A model generated the notes under the pieces. It saw nothing but the letters and a program-made list of their open reading frames with translations, was not told where the DNA came from and made no database searches. A stretch of 64,000 bases of DNA, taken from contig JAUFOR010000002.1 in the NCBI GenBank assembly GCA_040285745.1, positions 248,001 through 312,000 on the forward strand. Direction: 5' to 3'. The position numbers and the translations under genes are program-made. Source of the DNA: Barthelona sp. PCE (taxonomy: Eukaryota). The first letter of the stretch is position 1. Each line of letters begins with the position of its first letter. Shown piece after piece: positions 1 through 10,676 of this stretch.

Positions 1-2047
1 CCAAACGTAATCTAGTGTCGTCTTTTCGGGGATCACTGTACTGACGAAGACTTTGAGCTAATGGCTGTGGTAATATGTTGTTGAGAAGGTTTGTTGCCTT
101 TTCTCCTTGTTCATTAGTCTTTTTTAAAAGAATGAGTTGTTTCTTAGATATACCCCGTACCGGTAATGGGATACAAAGAAACAAAAAGAGGTCCTGTATT
201 TGTGTGTGTGTAATGGAACGATATCCAATTAGTGCTGCTATTAAAAATGAAAAGAACAATGAGTCGATATGATTAATACTGAGGAAAATAACGAATGATA
301 GAATACAAACAGATATCAAATCATCAATCCAAGGTAGGTCATCATAAGGAATATACTTACTCAGCACTACATAACCGATGGTGTCAATTACCAACACAAA
401 ATTCAATGCGAAAACAACACGCTTCCAGGTTTTTTCCGTAGCACGGTAGTAGCGTAACAAAAGAAAAGCAAACAGAGGATAACCAATGGACAGGACACCA
501 AAACCTCCCCAAATAACTGGTGATGTATCCGTTCCCAACACAAGGTACAGGAAAAGAATGAGGAACAACAGACATAATGCAATCAAAAGGGATTTAAGAG
601 AACCAATGCGATCCTTGAAAAACGTTTGATAATCCTTAAAGGTAAATTTGGCGTTCTTCGCCATCATTGCCTCATCCTTGCGAGAAGCACGAGAACGTCG
701 ATGTAAGAGGGTTGAACGGGTTCGTTTGAGAGATTTGGGTGATATCCCACTTGTTGCTCGTGAACGCGGTCGAGTAACACTGGGTAAACCAGAAATGATA
801 CGTTTCAATCGTGGGTTAGCCATAATAGACGGTGAATCAGCGGTTAACAACATATTTGTGTTTTTCTGCACAAAAAAAGTTTGCATTGCGCCCTTTCCTT
901 TAACAGCTATTGTACCTCTCGAAAAAATTGAGAAGTGCTCAAATAATTCAACTTGTGCCTTGACAGCGGCCGAAATCTGAACATGGTCTTTTGGAGATGA
1001 AGACATCATGCGCGATGCTGTGTTAACAGTATCACCCAGAACATCGAAAAGCATTTTAGTCTTACCCAACACTCCTGCAGAAACTGTACCGTAATGAATA
1101 CCACATCTAATGACAAATGAGTAATCATTTTTCACCTTAATTGCCTCCTGACATGCAAGACAGAAAGAGAGAAGATTGACACATGGTGTTCGTTCATTTC
1201 TGAACAAACCTTTTCCAGCCATGTATATGTGAGAGACTGTCTTAATCGTTTCAATATCATAAATGGTTGCAATCTCATCGAAAGATGAGAAAACGCTGTT
1301 CAAGGCTTGTAGAGACTGAACGGGTGAGACTTGCTTACTATAGTGATCGAAGCCACAAACCTCAATGAAGCATAATGCTGCAGTACGGTCAAGATATTGC
1401 CTTGTGCCGTGTTCTAGTAACGGCTCAACCACTTCTTCCGGCATAGTACGACGGAACAACGTTTCTGAATAGCTTAACATTCTGTTTGTCGTCAACATAT
1501 CGCAAAATGTATTTCTCACTTTTCTTTCCTGTTCTCTGTACAGTAGCGCGAGTGCCACGCATGAAAAGTTTGTGAATAACCAAACAAAAACAAGATCTGA
1601 TTGGTAAAATTGCAAATATACACCCTGAAAAATGGCGCTAAATGCATACCACATAATTGCGAACCGAAACGATATGATTGGTATACTAAATAGTGAGAAT
1701 GCGACAAGTGAAGGTGCCAATAAGAACAAATGCTGCTCTGATGCGAAAACGAAATTGATAACTAATACCAATAACATAGATGTAGACACTATTGAGAACG
1801 TCGCCCATCCCTTCAACTTTGATGACAATATACTTGGGAGCGCTCCGAACAAAACTACAAAACCAATTGCAATCCACAAAATAGCTACTGATAGGTTGGA
1901 AAACTGGTTGTAAGTCTTAATAAAGTGGTATGTGAGACTTGCTATGATGATAACTACAGGAATAATCAAATGCTTAAAAGAATTTGGCTTCTTAAACTCC
2001 CTAAACGATTCTTCTTCCCGTTTCTTGAAGTTCAGGAAGAAATTCAT
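1..2047 (-). CDS. Membrane-bound class III adenylate/guanylate cyclase (TM cluster - cyclase domain - second TM cluster), 3' end probably beyond the window
   Basis: Hand translation from the ATG at 2047 gives MNFFLNFKKR..., several hydrophobic helices, then IETIKT, RCGIHYGTVSAGVLG and FDVLGDTVNTASRM, then more TM segments. It is absent from the ORF track, consistent with no stop inside the window. Confidence 0.88.
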   Translation of the reverse strand, partial: MNFFLNFKKREEESFREFKKPNSFKHLIIPVVIIIASLTYHFIKTYNQFSNLSVAILWIAIGFVVLFGALPSILSSKLKGWATFSIVSTSMLLVLVINFVFASEQHLFLLAPSLVAFSLFSIPIISFRFAIMWYAFSAIFQGVYLQFYQSDLVFVWLFTNFSCVALALLYREQERKVRNTFCDMLTTNRMLSYSETLFRRTMPEEVVEPLLEHGTRQYLDRTAALCFIEVCGFDHYSKQVSPVQSLQALNSVFSSFDEIATIYDIETIKTVSHIYMAGKGLFRNERTPCVNLLSFCLACQEAIKVKNDYSFVIRCGIHYGTVSAGVLGKTKMLFDVLGDTVNTASRMMSSSPKDHVQISAAVKAQVELFEHFSIFSRGTIAVKGKGAMQTFFVQKNTNMLLTADSPSIMANPRLKRIISGLPSVTRPRSRATSGISPKSLKRTRSTLLHRRSRASRKDEAMMAKNAKFTFKDYQTFFKDRIGSLKSLLIALCLLFLILFLYLVLGTDTSPVIWGGFGVLSIGYPLFAFLLLRYYRATEKTWKRVVFALNFVLVIDTIGYVVLSKYIPYDDLPWIDDLISVCILSFVIFLSINHIDSLFFSFLIAALIGYRSITHTQIQDLFLFLCIPLPVRGISKKQLILLKKTNEQGEKATNLLNNILPQPLAQSLRQYSDPRKDDTRLRL

Positions 2048-2238
2048 GGAATATCAAGGTTGATGGAGTCTGTAGAAAGTGTGAAAGAACTTTGAAATGG
2101 TGGCAAAAGATATTTACAACGACCAATTAATTCTATGTTGGAGAACATTGTAGAAAGTAAGGAATTGATCCAAAAAGCGTGCTGCACATTTGGAAAATAC
2201 CTGACTATTTACTGAAATGTGATCATTTCTTTTTCCAT

Positions 2239-3783
2239 TAGACTTCAGCTTATCGGGATTTAAAGTTCGGATTTTCTGCATCCCAAGTATGGGAACGGAG
2301 CCTACTCTACTAATAAATAATAAGTATTTGAAGAACTTTCCAGTCATTTATATTAGAGGGTATATTAAGAAAAATTTATTACAAGCGAGATCTATCACAG
2401 AACATGGATTTGTTTTCTATTTTCAACCCTTTTCTCTATTAATTATGTCTGATCCTTTTAGGGACATTTTGAAAATGATAGCAACTCCATTGATAGGGTT
2501 GTATGATTAATTGAGTGTATTGAATCCAAAGAAAATATTTCCCCAAACACATCGATTTGGAAGCTTTGGTGCAAAACTGACAATGGTCTAGAGTTTGTAC
2601 TTTTTGAATACACAGTTAAAAATACCAGCATCGATGTGTGGAACACAAAAATGCGAAAGATATTGCCTCTCTTACGCTATGAACCTACTTTTGATATTAT
2701 GAGTGAAAGAATCTGTAATGCACGTAGGTTGGTAAGAAAGAAAGTTAGTAATGTACGTTCAAGAACACTGACCAAATCGAAACTTGTATATGCTGGCTAT
2801 CATCTATTCAGTTTAATGCCATTGAGCCAGCATGTATCGGACAAAGAACGGTTCAAACATGTTCTATGTTCGATCAGGAACGATGATAAATTAACTTTTG
2901 TCGAAAATCTTGACATGGAAAGATTGGAGAGACTATATGTTCAGTACCTGAATGGATGCAATTCCGAAGAGGCTAAATATGCTGAGAACTTTAATCCAAA
3001 TGCTGAGCTAAATAAGTTCAACACTAATATAGGCGCTGCAACAACAAGAAATTTAACTTCAGGTATATATTACGATAGCAGAAAAGGAATATGGACATGC
3101 ACGAACGAAGAAGTCATCAGAAGTTTGAATTTTCATGGAATTTAGATCGCAAATTGTGAAAATCACTTGTTCATCCCGCCAGTCAAAGAAAAATGCAGCG
3201 TACCCAATCAACTGATTGCAAATATGTTACAATGCAATACGTATCAGATGCAGTGCTTTATGGTTTTCATATGTCAGGGTTAGAAAAATGTTCTGAAATG
3301 TTCTGCATTTTTTAATATCGTAAATCAATATCGTAATACACCAGCGGGCAATGCTGGTGTCGAAAGAGCGTTTTCTAAGATTGGACAAATGTTTAAAAAA
3401 ACACAGTATAATCTTAGCCAGATTAATGAATTAAATTTGGTATATTTGAACATGTTAAGTCACTTACCGTTCATTAGTTATGAAGATTTAGCTTTTTTAA
3501 TGAAAAATGAAGAGTGAATTTTTTTCTTCCATATTCAATGAAATAGACAGTTGTTCACTATTGTTGATGTTACATTCGCATATAAGACCTAAAAATGATA
3601 CTCAATTGTTAATGTAAAAAAATGATAAAAAATGTGGGTTCCTTTTTCTGCACTTAATATACCCTCTAATATAAATGACTGGAAAGTTCTTCAAATGCTT
3701 ATTATTTATTAGTAGAGTAGGCTCCGTTCCCATACTTGGGATGCAGAAAATCCGAACTTTAAATCCCGATAAGCTGAAGTCTA
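2239..3783. mobile_element. hAT-superfamily DNA transposon, decayed/non-autonomous, with 131-bp TIRs and 8-bp TSD TTTTCCAT
   Basis: 2239-2369 is the reverse complement of 3653-3783 with 1 mismatch, ends TAGAC...GTCTA. TTTTCCAT sits at 2231-2238 and 3784-3791. Internal hAT C-terminal motif PAGNAGVERAFS near 3340-3376. Confidence 0.93.
2505..3517 (+). pseudogene. Interrupted hAT transposase remnant (C-terminal part)
   Basis: Frame of ORF 2636-3145 continues through in-frame TAG stops to IVNQYRNTPAGNAGVERAFSKIG, matching the hAT dimerisation motif P.S.A..ER.FS. Boundaries are approximate. Confidence 0.75.
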
Positions 3784-3792
3784 TTTTCCATG

Positions 3793-4818
3793 TCATATTT
3801 TGAAACAAACTGATGTCTGTTTCATAAGATCCTTCAATTCGTCAAATAAATCGGAAATAAAGTTGGGAACCGTAAAAATATGCTCTTCTTGTGTATCTAA
3901 ATTGATAAATCGAGTTACTGGAAGTATGATGCGTGATGTGGATGTAATACATGGGCAAACCCAATCTGAAACATCTGAAAGCATCCCTTCGTTCGTTGGT
4001 GCATTCTTAGACAAGATGAACTGACTGTTTTCCAAACATGAACAAAGGCTTGAGCGCATCGTTCCACTCAACACTCCATTCTTCAAGGGACAAGTTTCAA
4101 CTATATTATCCTTTCTAAATACAAAGAAGTTACTTGAACAACCTTCCGTAAAACATCCATTTTCATCAAGAAGAACAACATCCTCACACTTCTCTGGATG
4201 TACAAATTCCTGAGCTCGTTGCAGAAGTGCTTCTCTCTCTTTGGCCCAACTTGTCAATTTGAGGTTGGGGTTGTGACGTACGTGTTGTGAATAACAAACT
4301 GTTACTGGTCTCATGCGCAACTCTGGAGCTTTCTCAATGTAAAGACCACAAAAGACTCCTTGTTTCTCGGATGATACGCCCATTAAGAACGTTATCCTCA
4401 GTGTGTCCACGTCATATGGAAGACCTTCTACACTATTTATATGTTGGAAAGCGTCATTCAAATTATTCCGAACTACATTTTCCACGTGATCAATTTGTGC
4501 AAAATCAATAAGATCATCAAAGCCTTCCAGTTCCACAGAGCAATTCTGAAGTACATATTGCATTGAACTATGTATGCGTGCAATGTGTTTCATGAAATAT
4601 AAAACATGAAAATCCAACATGCCACTATTTCTTTCAATACAAGCTAAACATGTGGTATAACATGATCTTACCGAGCTCAAAACGACCTGCTTCTTTGGTA
4701 ATTTTGTAGATATGAGCTCAGAATTGACAAAATAGTAGGAATTCATTTCTGTACTATTTGAAAATGTGTTTTCAGATGTATTGTTGCTGAATTCTGACTG
4801 TTCACGATCCCTTGTCAT
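3793..4818 (-). CDS. Class IV PLP-dependent aminotransferase family (D-amino-acid transaminase / ADC-lyase-like)
   Basis: Motifs RHNPNLK, EDVVLLDENGCFTEGCSSNFF, GVLSGTMR and ITSTSRIILPV. First ATG at 4818. Confidence 0.85.
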   Translation of the reverse strand: MTRDREQSEFSNNTSENTFSNSTEMNSYYFVNSELISTKLPKKQVVLSSVRSCYTTCLACIERNSGMLDFHVLYFMKHIARIHSSMQYVLQNCSVELEGFDDLIDFAQIDHVENVVRNNLNDAFQHINSVEGLPYDVDTLRITFLMGVSSEKQGVFCGLYIEKAPELRMRPVTVCYSQHVRHNPNLKLTSWAKEREALLQRAQEFVHPEKCEDVVLLDENGCFTEGCSSNFFVFRKDNIVETCPLKNGVLSGTMRSSLCSCLENSQFILSKNAPTNEGMLSDVSDWVCPCITSTSRIILPVTRFINLDTQEEHIFTVPNFISDLFDELKDLMKQTSVCFKI

Positions 4819-5153
4819 TGTAGAGCAATTTTTGGCCCAAAAGAAAAAAGTCGAAAACAAAAGAACAGGGAAATCAAGGTTTCATGAAATTATGCAATAA
4901 ACATTTTAGTTGATATCGAATATGTGTGACATATAGACCGATTATTCACCACGAAGACCAAGTAATCAACTGCTTACGTGGTTTTACATATGAGCCTAAT
5001 TAAGAAATTGGAACAATGTAAATTCTCCCTATAATCGCGCATAACATGTATTCTTCGATCACATTTCAATTCAAAAATGAAAAGAGCATTTTTATGAAAC
5101 TGTGTTCACAATTCTTCACCATTTCTTTCTTATACATACATTAATGATGTAAC

Positions 5154-7052
5154 ATGAGTGGGAAAAAGCGACAGCTCACATTATTCGACTGCGGGATAGC
5201 GGGCAAAAAGGAAAAGAAGAAACCTAAAAGCAAAACTTCTTCAAAAATTATCGACAGTAAGAATGCCTCACTCAACAGGCGCCGAAAAGCGTCACAGAGT
5301 GCAAATAATCCAAGAAAAAAGGTTCAAAAGACCTTAAGAATGGAGAAAAAAGTAGTACTTTCTGATGATGAAGATGGAGACGTTTGTTCAATGATCCTTG
5401 TTTCTAAAAGCGCTCCGAACATATCAAAAGAACAGCGAAGACATGCAAGAAAGAAAGCAGCATTACCTGGTGTTAGGAATTTACTTGATGATATGAAGCG
5501 GGACTCTGGGAGGGAAAGAAGGAAGGCTAAATCAAACAACAAGCTTGAGCCCATGACTGCTTGCTTTGTCCCATCATTCAAACAGTTTGAATCTTTTGCT
5601 ATCCCTAGTTTAATAATTAAAAATGATTTATCATCACAGTGGTCCATGCAAGGTATTGTATGTCCTCGTAAGACGCGGGTTTCGCTTCCTTGTGTCAATT
5701 TCACAGAAGGAATTGAGTGTGAAAACCATGAGCTCTTGGAAAACTGTACTTCACCAGATGACATTGATTCTCTTTCATCTTCACAGCGCACTGCATACAA
5801 TTCCATGGTAAAATGGATTAGAACCTTATGGAACGAAGATCAATTAAACTACAGCGAAGACGACATTGCATTCTCACCTGATGATTACTCTCTCCGTTCG
5901 TTCTTGCTATTAGGTAGTGCATCCAGTGGCAAGTCAACTCTTGTAAGGCTTTTTTGTGATCAACTGAAACTTAATGCCATAAAATTGGGTTTTGACCAAC
6001 CGAGATCAAGCGCTGCATTAAAGAATATATTATTTGACTCGAATAGTGGATCGATTCGCACGCACCGTGCCAATAAGAATGTCTTCATTGTGGAAGATAT
6101 TGATTTACACTGTGAAAAAGACAAGGGTTTCTATCAAGTATTGCGGAAATTATGCTCCTCGTCTATTAGACCTGTGATTCTCACTGCTCGCAACACACCG
6201 ATTGACTTGAAGCTGAATGTTGAAATGGTCAAGATTTCTAGTGTTGGACGAAAGCAGTTTTTTAATCGAATCATTTCCAACGTTGTTGAGCTCAATGACA
6301 TGGCAAAACGAATGTTAGGACATCTATTCAAGTTAAATATTGCTTCATTTATGATCAACGTACACTTTTGGATGTTTTACCGGTCGAAACAAGCGCTCAT
6401 TGGATCTCAGGCAGTTGATCGTAATCAAGCGTTCGATATCATTGGGCGCTTCACACGTTACAGCTCAATTCTCAATGCAAATCAAATGGCAGACCTTCTC
6501 ACAGACAATGCAGCTTTTTTTTCTTTTGATAGTGCTGTTGAAATTGATCTGATGATGTCAGCCGCTCCGAAATTGAGCGAGGAGGACATGGATATACATG
6601 ATAGGGATGTTATATTACCAACAGAGTGCGGTAGAAGTTGTGCAACAATTGCTGCTTCGGAGTTTCATACAAGAAGATCTGGAATGCAGAAGATAGAGGA
6701 ATATAACGTAGCATTCAGTTCATTCGCAGCTCACCCCAATACATTCCATGAGAACTTTCGTTTTGCAGCCTTTTCTACAAATAGACAAGAACAATTCGAA
6801 AAAATGGGTTGCTGTCGCACAATGATGTACTCAGACAGGCACAAGCTCCGTGACACATCGTCCAGGCGCCACAAACGATCCTATTTGGACTTCCATGATT
6901 CGATTCTTGATCAATTCTCTTTATCGGGTCAACGTTTGAATACTTCTCTGGAAAATTTTGTTGAAAACTTGGAACCTGGGCAGGTATTCAGTCCTGTAAC
7001 AGTGTTTAGTCCCAGAAATATTGTGCCAGACGAACAGGATGATGAAATTTAA
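5154..7052 (+). CDS. AAA+ clamp-loader-like protein, ATAD5/Elg1-like
   Basis: Basic N-terminus with a PIP-like QLTLFD. Walker A GSASSGKST. FIVEDIDL...DKGF and SIRPVILT resemble RFC1-like large subunits. Confidence 0.65.
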   Translation: MSGKKRQLTLFDCGIAGKKEKKKPKSKTSSKIIDSKNASLNRRRKASQSANNPRKKVQKTLRMEKKVVLSDDEDGDVCSMILVSKSAPNISKEQRRHARKKAALPGVRNLLDDMKRDSGRERRKAKSNNKLEPMTACFVPSFKQFESFAIPSLIIKNDLSSQWSMQGIVCPRKTRVSLPCVNFTEGIECENHELLENCTSPDDIDSLSSSQRTAYNSMVKWIRTLWNEDQLNYSEDDIAFSPDDYSLRSFLLLGSASSGKSTLVRLFCDQLKLNAIKLGFDQPRSSAALKNILFDSNSGSIRTHRANKNVFIVEDIDLHCEKDKGFYQVLRKLCSSSIRPVILTARNTPIDLKLNVEMVKISSVGRKQFFNRIISNVVELNDMAKRMLGHLFKLNIASFMINVHFWMFYRSKQALIGSQAVDRNQAFDIIGRFTRYSSILNANQMADLLTDNAAFFSFDSAVEIDLMMSAAPKLSEEDMDIHDRDVILPTECGRSCATIAASEFHTRRSGMQKIEEYNVAFSSFAAHPNTFHENFRFAAFSTNRQEQFEKMGCCRTMMYSDRHKLRDTSSRRHKRSYLDFHDSILDQFSLSGQRLNTSLENFVENLEPGQVFSPVTVFSPRNIVPDEQDDEI

Positions 7053-7070
7053 ACTCATATACTTTATTCT

Positions 7071-9629
7071 TTACTGAAAATCTCTTTTCAGAATAGATAG
7101 TGTCTTTCGTAGAGGTGATTGGTATTTATCCATGTTGAATGAACGACGTTCTTTTGGCTTTTCAGGATGATAAATCATCTTAAATCCACGTTCAACAATG
7201 TTTACGAATGAATACGCCTGTTTCACATATGTATCACACTTGTTAATCACAAGGAATTTTGATGCTTCTTCGGGTGTATTCTTAAACGTACCTGAAGGAT
7301 GGTGTAAAACTTCATTAATTATTGTACAAGTAACAAGATCATTTGCTGAACATTTTGCAACGTTACAAATGTGCTCTGGTCTATGCATGTCTGAAACACG
7401 CTTACCGATGCAATCAGCTCCAACAACACCAATTACAACATTGGTACGAGGGTGAATACATGGTTCTTTCTCAGATGGTGCTTTGAATGGCAGATCACGT
7501 GAACCGTCTGATTCAATAAGTACTGCATCAAACCAGGGGGTGAGTTCGTCGATCTCTTCGAATGAGAAACCCTTTAACGAAACATGATCTTCTTTCATTC
7601 GTTCTTGTTTAATAATACCCACAACACCGTTACAGCTGCGGATTTCACTTATGGAAGGCATGTGATCGAAGTAGTGATCGACCACACCGTCCTCAAACGG
7701 TTCTAGATTTGTGGTTGTCGTTACAAGAATACGGTTGAAGACTCTCTTCAGTTTCTTTGCAAGATAATATAACATTGTCGTTTTACCCCCTGCTCCTACA
7801 ATAGAAACTATAGGCTGATTCAGCTTCAAAAGATGATTAACAACAATTGATGCCTCGCTGTCACTATCGACTGTTGAGCTGATGCTCAATTTTTGTGTTC
7901 GTGGCGATACGAGTGAATTCAGATTTGTTTTTGCTGTCATGAGAACTGTATTTGTGGGCTTGCTGGGAGTCAAATCACTGCTGTTCACAAGGGTGTTATG
8001 CAGCTTTTTTGGTGAAACTGGAGACGATAGATCTATTCTTGAAGTCTGACTTCGAACAGAAATGGGCGATGCGCGCTGTGAATTAACAATTGATCGAGAA
8101 AGGAGCAACTTCTGTTTTGTGGCTGCAAGATCTTCATTAAACGTCTTTGTTTTGCTTAATTCAGTTTTGTAAATATTCTTCTCTCCTGTCAACTCAACGT
8201 TCTCGTTCTTCAGTCTCTTAATCTCCTTACGACATTCTCCCACAAGCTCGCTGTTGTGCTTCTTACTATCTTCAACAGATTTATGAAGTGTGGAGTTCTC
8301 AGAGTTCAGATTCCGTATGGTACGCTCATACTTCAAATCGTCCCTCTCCTTTTGTACCTCTAGTTGCTTCAGCTTACGCACCAACGTGTTATGTGTCTTA
8401 CTGATGATTTTTAACTTGTCAACAACAACAACATTCAGTTTTTGATCAGCAACAAGCTCTCCTATAATGTTGTTGATGATGTGTTCACCATGTACAACAC
8501 GGATTTCGTCCTCGGCACCTCTATGCTCTATAACACGGGACTGAATAACCTCCGAACGTGCAGAACGGGTCATTGTTGCACTTTGTTCGTCCCTCTTAGC
8601 TGATACACCCTTCAAAATGTCAAAGAGAGGTATGAGTGAACCTAGTTCATTCTCAACACTGAAATACTCCTCCTGGAGTTTATGCTGGTCACCCTTAATA
8701 TCCAACAACGCGAGTCTGACGTCATCAAGCAATTGCTGGAAACTTGCCTTTAGCTTTGAACATTTGTTAGCAATCTTAACATTTTCCACCTGTAATGTTT
8801 GTTTGTCCACCAATAAACTATCGTATTCGTTCTGTAGGTTAACATACTTCGTCTCCCATTCATCATTGGTTTCAACTGCTGTGTCTAACTTCTCCTGGAT
8901 TTCTGTCAAGTGCCCTATCATTACGCTCTCTCGTTCATGAATTGTATCATCATTCTTATAAATGACAGAAGCAATCTTTTCATCATAATTACGAATCAAA
9001 CGATCAATTTTTTCCTCATTATCTTCGTTATTCTTCTGCAATTCATTAATACGCTCATATAAGATCTTTTTATCATCCTTTAATATCTTTGTCTTGTTGA
9101 GCATCTCAACCAATTGCGTCTTTGTGTCGTTACTATCATTCATAACCATCTCTAGTGTGCTATTTAAAGAATCCAAATCAGCCAGTGAAGCAGAGTGCTG
9201 CAATTTGCTCTGTTCCAGACTTTCATCCTTCTGTGACAATTCGTCCTTTAATGAGGAAACATGCGCTTTAGTTGTCTTTAAAGCAGATTCACTTTCAGAA
9301 AGTTGTTCTTCAAGCACTTTAATACGATCTTCCAACTTTATCTTGCTGTCCCTGAGAGACTCACATTCCTCCTTTAACTTTGACTGTTTCCTATTGTATA
9401 AAGCTTTGTCATTTTGACTTATACTTACTAAATCATCGTTTGTGCGTTCCAACCGCTTAATGTGTAAAAGAAGCGTGCGGTTGTCCATTGCGTCCATTGG
9501 AACCTCATCCACGGGCTCTTTCTCCGCTTCTGATACTGCTGCTTCTAGTTTCCTGTCGTATACGAGTTCTTGAACTTGTGATAGGTTATGATCCAGCCCT
9601 GAGAGGATGTCGTCAACGACTATATCCAT
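7071..9629 (-). CDS. Long coiled-coil protein with a C-terminal YqeC-like domain (selenium-dependent hydroxylase accessory protein family)
   Basis: About 500 aa of heptad-rich sequence, then VSIVGAGGKTT, LVTTTT, LIESDGSRDLPFKAPSEKEP and VIGVVGADCIG, the YqeC signature motifs. Confidence 0.8.
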   Translation of the reverse strand: MDIVVDDILSGLDHNLSQVQELVYDRKLEAAVSEAEKEPVDEVPMDAMDNRTLLLHIKRLERTNDDLVSISQNDKALYNRKQSKLKEECESLRDSKIKLEDRIKVLEEQLSESESALKTTKAHVSSLKDELSQKDESLEQSKLQHSASLADLDSLNSTLEMVMNDSNDTKTQLVEMLNKTKILKDDKKILYERINELQKNNEDNEEKIDRLIRNYDEKIASVIYKNDDTIHERESVMIGHLTEIQEKLDTAVETNDEWETKYVNLQNEYDSLLVDKQTLQVENVKIANKCSKLKASFQQLLDDVRLALLDIKGDQHKLQEEYFSVENELGSLIPLFDILKGVSAKRDEQSATMTRSARSEVIQSRVIEHRGAEDEIRVVHGEHIINNIIGELVADQKLNVVVVDKLKIISKTHNTLVRKLKQLEVQKERDDLKYERTIRNLNSENSTLHKSVEDSKKHNSELVGECRKEIKRLKNENVELTGEKNIYKTELSKTKTFNEDLAATKQKLLLSRSIVNSQRASPISVRSQTSRIDLSSPVSPKKLHNTLVNSSDLTPSKPTNTVLMTAKTNLNSLVSPRTQKLSISSTVDSDSEASIVVNHLLKLNQPIVSIVGAGGKTTMLYYLAKKLKRVFNRILVTTTTNLEPFEDGVVDHYFDHMPSISEIRSCNGVVGIIKQERMKEDHVSLKGFSFEEIDELTPWFDAVLIESDGSRDLPFKAPSEKEPCIHPRTNVVIGVVGADCIGKRVSDMHRPEHICNVAKCSANDLVTCTIINEVLHHPSGTFKNTPEEASKFLVINKCDTYVKQAYSFVNIVERGFKMIYHPEKPKERRSFNMDKYQSPLRKTLSILKRDFQ

Positions 9630-9746
9630 GTGGTCAAAAATATAGTAAAAAAAATGAAGAAGAGGTGATAATTAAAAAACAAGTCAAAAAATTTTCAGAA
9701 CACTCAAATACTTACTTAACAACAAAATGTTTACAATATCTACCAA

Positions 9747-10403
9747 TTATTCTTCTTTGACATCTTCAATCTCTTCATCAACAATCTCATCCTCATTATC
9801 AATTGCATCTTTAATATCCTTAACATAAAGAGCAAGCTCTTCAGCCATTTGTTCAAAAGCAGGAATCTTCTCCAAAGGCATGACAAACTTAATGAAACCA
9901 CGGAAGCAATAATAAAACTCCAGAGGGAAGCCATTAACTTCGCAATCAGCCATTTCTCCTAAAACTGGATATGCCTTAGCAGGAGCAATCATGTAAGTAA
10001 GTACGTTCCTATACTTAAAAGAAAGGCTCAAAGCATCAAAGCTGTCCACCCAAACATGTCTAAACGTACCATTCTCAATGATCTCTTCAGCTATCTTTTC
10101 ATCTTCAACCAGAGTTCCAATAACACAGTCGCAGTAACCGTTCTCAGGCTTTTCCAAGTAGATTCCGAAGCCTCCTTCATTTTTAAGATCGCCTTCGGTA
10201 AGAAGAGAGCCAACCTCTTCATAGTGAGTACCAAAAGCTTTACCCATATCCTTCATAGATCCAGAGTAGAACTCGTAAACATACAGCATGCGAGGAATAG
10301 TATCATCCTCAACGTCCTTCTCACCTACACGGGTGAAAATTCCCATATACCACATGAAACCGATTGCAGCGGTTAAAATAGCAACAAATACGTATAACAA
10401 CAT
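9747..10403 (-). CDS. TEX264-like protein (N-terminal TM anchor plus GyrI-like domain, acidic tail)
   Basis: N-terminal hydrophobic helix, then YEFYSGSMKDMG, GIYLEKP, CDCVIG and FKYRNVLTYMIAPAKAYPVL. Confidence 0.7.
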   Translation of the reverse strand: MLLYVFVAILTAAIGFMWYMGIFTRVGEKDVEDDTIPRMLYVYEFYSGSMKDMGKAFGTHYEEVGSLLTEGDLKNEGGFGIYLEKPENGYCDCVIGTLVEDEKIAEEIIENGTFRHVWVDSFDALSLSFKYRNVLTYMIAPAKAYPVLGEMADCEVNGFPLEFYYCFRGFIKFVMPLEKIPAFEQMAEELALYVKDIKDAIDNEDEIVDEEIEDVKEE

Positions 10404-10676
10404 TAATAAAATTCTATTTTGATGACTTTTAACTCAATAAAGTTTGAAATAGGTGAAAAATCACAAATCAAGACTTATATTTCGAAACCCACAACGAACA
10501 GGTTTAATATCCTGTTCATAATCGTTTTTCCCTAATATTGGGTTCATTTTCACAAACAAAATCATCCAAATTATAGAAATCAACAAAAAAATGCATACTT
10601 TCAAAAATATCCCTTACCTGGCAACTTTTGCATTGCCACTCGCACTTTTACATTTTCAGAACGTGTCTGGGTCATA

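Noticed and set aside
3143-3283. In-frame TAG codons in the transposase remnant suggesting stop-codon reassignment
   Set aside because: Conserved genes here end in TAA, TAG and TGA and have no internal stops. Pseudogene decay explains it.
10613-10640. CTTACCTGGCA resembling the U1 snRNA 5' end
   Set aside because: No U1 stem-loops or Sm site follow, and the next ATG is only about 60 bp away. Probably chance.
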